DNA of 64,000 nucleotides from Escherichia coli (GTDB lineage Bacteria; Pseudomonadota; Gammaproteobacteria; Enterobacterales; Enterobacteriaceae): NCBI RefSeq assembly GCF_044647545.1, contig NZ_CP172818.1; one strand, 5' to 3'. Shown piece by piece: positions 54,373 to 64,000 of this stretch (position 1 is its first letter; each line of letters starts with the position of its first letter). The notes under the pieces were generated by a model. It saw only the letters and a program-made list of their open reading frames with translations, ran no database searches and was not told where the DNA came from. The position numbers and the translations under genes were made by a program.

Positions 54373-55272
54373 TTATTTATTACGCTGGATGATGTAGTCC
54401 GCTAGCGCTTCCAGTGCCGAGGTATCGAGTGACTGTTCAGCCAGTTGTTTCAGCGACTGACGGGCATCGTCGATCAGATCCCGGGCTTTCTTCCGGGCTT
54501 GCTCAAGACCCAGAAGTGCAGGGTAGGTACTTTTACCAAGTTGCTGATCGGCACCCTGGCGTTTTCCCAACGTTGCAGTATCTCCTACCACATCCAGGAT
54601 GTCATCCTGAACCTGGAAGGCAAGGCCGATGCTCTCTGCGTACTTGTCGAGTACTGGCAGAGCACGACGCCCTTTATCTCCGGCGCTTAATGCACCAAGG
54701 CGAACGGCGGCGCGAATCAATGCGCCAGTTTTATGACGATGTATACGCTCAAGCGCGTCCAGAGGTACGCGTTTGCCTTCCGCGTCTAAATCTAATGCCT
54801 GACCACCGCACATTCCGGCAATACCGCTGGCGCTCGCCAGTTCAGAAATCATCGAAATTCTGTCGCGATCCGACACTTCCGGCATATCAGCATCGCTTAA
54901 AATCGAGAACGCCAGCGTTTGTAAAGCATCGCCAGCGAGAATCGCGTTTGCTTCGCCAAACTTCACATGGCAGGTCGGCAAACCGCGACGCAGATCGTCA
55001 TCATCCATCGCCGGTAAATCATCATGAATTAATGAGTAAGCGTGGATACACTCTACGGCGGCAGCGGGTGCGTCCAGTGTGTTTGTGCTAACGCCGAACA
55101 TATGACCAGTGGCATAAACCAGGAAAGGTCGCAGACGCTTACCACCTAATAATGCGCCATACTGCATGGTTTCGACCACGGGAGTGTTCTGAAAGGGCAG
55201 TGGGGCGATAAAACGGCTCAGCGCCTGGTTGGCCTGCTTAACGCAGGCTTCGAGTTGCTGCGGAAAGTCCAT
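54373..55272 (-). CDS. ispA: farnesyl diphosphate synthase
   Basis: 299 aa ORF with DDxxD motifs (IHDDLPAMDDDDLRRG; QVQDDILD). Confidence 0.9.
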   Translation of the reverse strand: MDFPQQLEACVKQANQALSRFIAPLPFQNTPVVETMQYGALLGGKRLRPFLVYATGHMFGVSTNTLDAPAAAVECIHAYSLIHDDLPAMDDDDLRRGLPTCHVKFGEANAILAGDALQTLAFSILSDADMPEVSDRDRISMISELASASGIAGMCGGQALDLDAEGKRVPLDALERIHRHKTGALIRAAVRLGALSAGDKGRRALPVLDKYAESIGLAFQVQDDILDVVGDTATLGKRQGADQQLGKSTYPALLGLEQARKKARDLIDDARQSLKQLAEQSLDTSALEALADYIIQRNK

Positions 55273-55514
55273 TACTCATTGTCCGGTGTAAAAGGGGTTA
55301 GAGAGGCATCTTCATTGTCAGACAGCAGAATTTGTACGCGCTGTTCGGCTTGTTGTAATTTGGCCTGCCCCTGACGTGCCAGCTGCACGCCGCGTTCGAA
55401 CTCGTTCAGCGCCTCTTCCAGCGGCAGGTCGCCACTTTCCAGACGGGTTACAATCTGTTCCAGCTCGCTCAGCGCCTTTTCAAAGCTGGCGGGAGCCTCA
55501 TTTTTCTTCGGCAT
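55272..55514 (-). CDS. xseB: exodeoxyribonuclease VII small subunit
   Basis: 80 aa ORF; stop overlaps the ispA start. Confidence 0.9.
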
Positions 55515-55719
55515 AATGAATGTCTGACTCTCAGTATTTTTCGCCCCGTCATGGTAACGGACTCAGGGCAAATAGCAAATAACGCGCAATGGTAAGGTGA
55601 TGTGCGCAGCAAAGCGATGTTAGTGGTATACTTCCGCGCCTGGATGCAGCCGCAGGTGTGGGCTGCTGTATTTTTCCCTATACAAGTCGCTTAAGGCTTG
55701 CCAACGAACCATTGCCGCC

Positions 55720-57168
55720 ATGAAGTTTATCATTAAATTGTTCCCGGAAATCACCATCAAAAGCCAATCTGTGCGCTTGCGCTTTATAAAAATCCTTACC
55801 GGGAACATTCGTAACGTTTTAAAGCACTATGATGAGACGCTCGCTGTCGTCCGCCACTGGGATAACATCGAAGTTCGCGCAAAAGATGAAAACCAGCGTC
55901 TGGCTATTCGCGACGCCCTGACCCGTATTCCGGGTATCCACCATATTCTCGAAGTCGAAGACGTGCCGTTTACCGACATGCACGATATTTTCGAAAAAGC
56001 GTTGGTTCAGTATCGCGATCAGCTGGAAGGGAAAACCTTTTGCGTACGCGTGAAGCGCCGTGGCAAACATGATTTTAGCTCGATTGATGTGGAACGTTAC
56101 GTCGGCGGCGGTTTAAATCAGCATATTGAGTCCGCGCGCGTGAAGCTGACCAATCCGGATGTGACTGTCCATCTGGAAGTGGAAGACGATCGTCTTCTGC
56201 TGATTAAAGGCCGCTACGAAGGTATTGGCGGTTTCCCGATTGGTACCCAGGAAGATGTGCTGTCGCTCATTTCTGGTGGTTTCGACTCCGGCGTTTCCAG
56301 TTATATGTTGATGCGTCGCGGATGTCGTGTGCATTACTGCTTCTTTAACCTTGGCGGCGCGGCGCATGAAATTGGCGTGCGTCAGGTAGCGCATTATCTG
56401 TGGAACCGCTTTGGCAGCTCCCACCGCGTGCGTTTTGTCGCTATTAATTTCGAACCGGTCGTCGGGGAAATTCTCGAGAAAATCGACGACGGTCAGATGG
56501 GCGTTATCCTCAAACGTATGATGGTGCGTGCCGCGTCCAAAGTGGCAGAACGTTACGGCGTTCAGGCGCTGGTTACCGGTGAAGCGCTCGGCCAGGTGTC
56601 CAGCCAGACGCTGACCAACCTGCGCTTGATTGATAACGTCTCCGATACGCTGATCCTGCGTCCGCTGATCTCTTACGACAAAGAGCACATCATCAACCTG
56701 GCTCGCCAGATTGGCACCGAAGACTTTGCCCGCACGATGCCGGAATATTGCGGCGTGATTTCCAAAAGCCCGACGGTGAAAGCGGTTAAATCGAAGATTG
56801 AAGCGGAAGAAGAGAAGTTTGACTTCAGCATTCTCGATAAAGTGGTTGAGGAAGCGAATAACGTTGATATCCGCGAAATCGCCCAGCAGACCGAGCAGGA
56901 AGTGGTGGAAGTGGAAACCGTCAATGGCTTCGGCCCGAACGACGTGATCCTCGATATCCGTTCTATCGATGAACAGGAAGATAAGCCACTGAAAGTCGAA
57001 GGGATTGATGTGGTTTCTCTGCCGTTCTATAAACTGAGCACCAAATTTGGCGATCTCGACCAGAGCAAAACCTGGCTGTTGTGGTGTGAGCGCGGGGTGA
57101 TGAGCCGCCTGCAGGCGCTCTATCTGCGCGAGCAGGGCTTTAACAATGTGAAGGTGTATCGCCCGTAA
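55720..57168 (+). CDS. thiI: tRNA 4-thiouridine synthase / thiazole sulfur carrier ThiI
   Basis: 482 aa ORF with THUMP, PP-loop (SGGFDS) and C-terminal rhodanese domains. Confidence 0.9.
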   Translation: MKFIIKLFPEITIKSQSVRLRFIKILTGNIRNVLKHYDETLAVVRHWDNIEVRAKDENQRLAIRDALTRIPGIHHILEVEDVPFTDMHDIFEKALVQYRDQLEGKTFCVRVKRRGKHDFSSIDVERYVGGGLNQHIESARVKLTNPDVTVHLEVEDDRLLLIKGRYEGIGGFPIGTQEDVLSLISGGFDSGVSSYMLMRRGCRVHYCFFNLGGAAHEIGVRQVAHYLWNRFGSSHRVRFVAINFEPVVGEILEKIDDGQMGVILKRMMVRAASKVAERYGVQALVTGEALGQVSSQTLTNLRLIDNVSDTLILRPLISYDKEHIINLARQIGTEDFARTMPEYCGVISKSPTVKAVKSKIEAEEEKFDFSILDKVVEEANNVDIREIAQQTEQEVVEVETVNGFGPNDVILDIRSIDEQEDKPLKVEGIDVVSLPFYKLSTKFGDLDQSKTWLLWCERGVMSRLQALYLREQGFNNVKVYRP

Positions 57169-57180
57169 TATGTGGTTGTA

Positions 57181-57210
57181 ACGTCGCATCTGGTCAGATG
57201 CGACGTTTAC
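57181..57210. terminator. palindromic hairpin between convergent thiI and yajL (probable bidirectional terminator)
   Basis: ACGTCGCATCTG-GTC-AGATGCGACGT perfect inverted repeat; weak T-tract. Confidence 0.5.
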
Positions 57211-57221
57211 CGCATCCGACA

Positions 57222-58686
<1,465 letters not shown>

Positions 58687-58853
58687 TGTTCCTCCTCACC
58701 CGCAACCACTCCGGGTGTTCAATAAGGCTATCCCTTAATTGTGCATGCTGTTGCGACTATGCACAATTAAGGGATACGTCCTGGTGCAGGACTGTTGGTT
58801 ATTTAACTTTGCAGGTATTATGCTTCGCATCAAAAATGAAGGGAGAGGAAAAG

Positions 58854-59345
58854 ATGCCATCTTTCGATATTGTCTCTGAAGTTGATCTTCAGGAAGCACG
58901 TAACGCGGTCGATAACGCGAGCCGCGAAGTGGAGTCCCGTTTTGACTTCCGTAATGTTGAAGCCTCATTTGAGCTGAACGACGCCAGCAAAACCATCAAA
59001 GTGTTGAGCGAGTCCGACTTCCAGGTCAATCAGTTGCTGGATATTCTGCGTGCCAAGCTGCTGAAGCGCGGCATTGAAGGCAGTTCACTGGATGTACCGG
59101 AAAATATCGTTCATAGCGGTAAAACCTGGTTTGTGGAAGCGAAACTGAAACAGGGCATTGAGAGCGCGACCCAGAAGAAAATCGTCAAGATGATTAAAGA
59201 CAGCAAACTGAAAGTGCAGGCGCAAATTCAGGGCGATGAGATCCGTGTAACGGGTAAATCTCGTGATGATTTGCAGGCTGTCATGGCGATGGTACGTGGT
59301 GGTGATCTCGGTCAGCCGTTCCAGTTCAAAAACTTCCGCGATTAA
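58854..59345 (+). CDS. yajQ: nucleotide-binding protein YajQ (UPF0234)
   Basis: ORF 58686..59345; start at [18 protein letters not shown] gives 163 aa. Confidence 0.85.
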
Positions 59346-59370
59346 TCGCGACAATGTGCGTTTTGTTCAT

Positions 59371-59460
59371 GTCAGATGCGGCATGAACGCCTGATTCGGC
59401 TTACAAAGGTTTGTAACTCAGGAACTTAGTAGGCCTGATAAGCGTAGCGCAGCAGGCAAT
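59371..59460. repeat. REP-like palindromic elements between yajQ and yajR
   Basis: GATGCGGCATGAACGCCTGATTCGGC and AGGCCTGATAAGCGTAGCGCAGCAGGC motifs typical of REP sequences. Confidence 0.5.
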
Positions 59461-59472
59461 TTCGCCTCGCTT

Positions 59473-60837
59473 TTATGCCTGGCGAATTGCCTGTTCAACC
59501 TCAAAGCGATTCGTCACTTTGCTGTCGATTTTCACATACGCTGAATGTTCTTCTTCTGCAATCAACACTTCTTTGACGCCTTCAGTTTCCAGCAAACGCA
59601 CTTTTAACGCATTGTTTGCGGCAATGTCCGCCGGGATTTCAATGCGCAAGCTGCTGACATACGGTGGTTCTTTCATGGTACTGGCGACTGCCAGCCACAC
59701 TGCGGCCAGCATTGCGCCAGCGAGAAATACTCCCTGACCGTCAAACATGCCGTCAATCCAGCCGCCCAGCGAACCGCCAATCGCCACGCCAAGAAACTGG
59801 CTGGTGGAGTAAACACCCATCGCCGTACCTTTGTAACCTGCTGGCGATTCTTTACTGATAAGTGAAGGCAGAAGGGCTTCCATCAAATTAAACGCCACAA
59901 AGAAAAGCTGCACGCCGACCACCAGTTGCCAGAACTGCGTTTGTGCGTTCCACAACACAATTTCCGCGACCACGATCAACCCGACGCAAAAGACAAAGAC
60001 TTGCTTCATTTTGCGCTTAACTTCAGCGTAGATAATGAAAGGCACGACCGAGCCAAAGGCGATTAACATCGTTGCCAGGTAGACCTTCCAGTGTTCAGCC
60101 GCCGGGAACCCCGCATCAGCCATCTGTCCGGGCAGGGCAACAAAGGTCGACATCAGCAAAATATGCAGACACATAATGCCAAAGTTGAGTTTCAGCAGCC
60201 GCGGTTCAGCCAGCACTTTACTGAAACTGCCTTTCACCATTCCGGACTCACGATTAAGTACGTGAGTGCTACTGTTGGGCACAACCCAAATGGTCAACGC
60301 AATGCCGGTTGTTGCCAGAATAGCGATCATCCAGAACAGCGCGTGCAGCCCAAGTTTGTGAGTGATGATCGGGCCAAGCACCATCGCAATGGCAAAGGTA
60401 ATGCCAAAGCTCACGCCGATAAACGCCATCGCTTTGGTGCGGTTTTGTTCGCGCGTAAGATCAGAAAGTAGTGCCATAACGGCAGCGGCAATCGCTCCAG
60501 AACCTTGTAACGCCCGGCCCAGAATAATTCCCCAGATGGAGTCGGAGAGCGCAGCAATAACGCTACCGGCGGCAAACACCGCCAGCCCACCGACAATTAA
60601 TGGTTTGCGACCAATGCGGTCTGAAAGCAGGCCAAACGGAATCTGAAAAACGGCCTGAGTCAGACCATAAATACCAATGGCAATACCGATTAATGCTTCG
60701 CTGGCACCTTGCAGAGCCATGCCGTACGTGGTCAGAACCGGCAGAACCATGAACATGCCCAGCATGCGCAACGAGAAAACGGTGCCTAAACCCCAGGTCG
60801 CGCGCCGCTCACCTGGCGTCATTTTATAATCGTTCAT
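59473..60837 (-). CDS. yajR: MFS transporter YajR
   Basis: ORF 59473..61035; start at MNDYKMTPGERRATWGLG gives 454 aa. Confidence 0.85.
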   Translation of the reverse strand: MNDYKMTPGERRATWGLGTVFSLRMLGMFMVLPVLTTYGMALQGASEALIGIAIGIYGLTQAVFQIPFGLLSDRIGRKPLIVGGLAVFAAGSVIAALSDSIWGIILGRALQGSGAIAAAVMALLSDLTREQNRTKAMAFIGVSFGITFAIAMVLGPIITHKLGLHALFWMIAILATTGIALTIWVVPNSSTHVLNRESGMVKGSFSKVLAEPRLLKLNFGIMCLHILLMSTFVALPGQMADAGFPAAEHWKVYLATMLIAFGSVVPFIIYAEVKRKMKQVFVFCVGLIVVAEIVLWNAQTQFWQLVVGVQLFFVAFNLMEALLPSLISKESPAGYKGTAMGVYSTSQFLGVAIGGSLGGWIDGMFDGQGVFLAGAMLAAVWLAVASTMKEPPYVSSLRIEIPADIAANNALKVRLLETEGVKEVLIAEEEHSAYVKIDSKVTNRFEVEQAIRQA

Positions 60838-60985
60838 TACCACCTCTGTTTTAAATTCGCGACTAGTGTAAAGCGGCAAACGAATGGGGTAAACATGCGG
60901 ATTTTTTAGTAAATATTTCGAGAGGGATATGATTCTAATGCTAAGAAAAAAGGTGCCGTAGCACCTTTTTAACTGAGAGGTTGTG

Positions 60986-61876
60986 TTACCACACAGCAGC
61001 CAGCAGCGTATGCGAGTCCGGCACCATAAAATCAACGGACATCATTACCGAGAGGGCAGTGATGGCGATGATAGAGAAGCCGAACAGCTTGCGCGCCCAG
61101 ATTCGATCATCAGCAACTTTATAACCGCGCAGGGCCATACCTAACCACCAGACGCTCACCGCCGCGGCGACCACCAGATATTTATACCCAGCGTAACCGC
61201 CAAGAGAGAGCATCAGCGTGGCAACGGCAAAGGCGATGATATACAGCGTGATGTGATTCTTCGCCACCGAAATGCCTTTTACCACTGGCAATACCGGAAT
61301 GTTTGCCGCTTGGTAATCCTTAAAGCGGAAAATGGCGATGGCATAGGAGTGAGGCATCTGCCACAGGCTGAAGATAGCCAGCAGGATCGCTGCGCCGCTA
61401 TCGAACTCGCCGGTTACCGCACAGTAGCCAATCACCGGCGGCGCAGCGCCTGAGAGCGAACCAATCAATGTGCCGTAGACTGAGTGGCGTTTCATGTACA
61501 GGCTATAAACGCCGACATAAACCACAAAGCCCATCACCCCCAGCCAGCAGGCCAGCGGATTCGCGCCAAACCACAGCAGCATAAAGCCAGCAATACCCAG
61601 CAAGGTGGCGTACACCAGCGAGACAGCAGGAGAGATCAGGCCTTTAACCAGCACCCGATTCTTCGTCCTTTCCATCTTTCTGTCGATATCCCTGTCGATG
61701 TAGTTGTTAAACACACAACCCGACGCCACAACCAGTGACACCCCAACCAGCGTGTAGATAAACAGGGGATAATCAATGCTGCCCTTTGAGGCCAGCAGGA
61801 ATCCCCCAATCACCGAGATCAGGTTGCCAAAGATGATGCCTGGTTTCGTTACTTGCAGGTATTGCTTAAACATCAT
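60986..61876 (-). CDS. cyoE: heme O synthase (protoheme IX farnesyltransferase)
   Basis: ORF 60986..61921; start at [19 protein letters not shown] gives 296 aa. Confidence 0.9.
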
Positions 61877-61887
61877 AACCGCCGCTC

Positions 61888-64000
<2,113 letters not shown>

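Overview
This window is a contiguous stretch of Escherichia coli K-12-type core chromosome running tauB-tauC-tauD, hemB, yaiT (split by IS3), yaiV, ampH, sbmA, yaiW/Y/Z, ddlA, iraP, phoA-psiF, dgcC, proC, yaiI, aroL-yaiA-aroM, ppnP, ykiA, rdgC, mak, araJ, sbcC-sbcD, phoB-phoR, brnQ, proY, malZ, acpH, queA-tgt-yajC-secD-secF, yajD, tsx, yajI, nrdR-ribD-ribE-nusB-thiL-pgpA, yajO, dxs-ispA-xseB, thiI, yajL, panE, yajQ, yajR and cyoE-cyoD-cyoC-cyoB. Gene calls rest on recognising the translated ORFs from memory and on ORF lengths matching the K-12 protein lengths I recall; no database search was run. I did not find a novel coding system: every substantial ORF maps to a known housekeeping gene, and there is no CRISPR array, tRNA, rRNA, integrase, prophage or defence module. 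The one feature that does not belong is a block of about 1.1 kb at roughly 37,623-38,782, between the convergent genes malZ and acpH. It is extremely A/T-rich, strongly A-biased on the + strand, with homopolymer A runs up to 32 nt and no ORF or ribosome-binding site. It replaces what I recall as a short intergenic spacer, and its right edge removes the acpH stop codon, so the acpH ORF runs 15 codons longer than the 193 aa I recall. I read this block as foreign, synthetic or artefactual low-complexity DNA rather than a biological system, and it should be verified at read level. Other points worth noting are the IS3 insertion in yaiT with a 3-bp GAT target-site duplication, a separate frameshift in the yaiT 5' end, canonical Pho boxes at phoA and phoB, and several REP and terminator hairpins.
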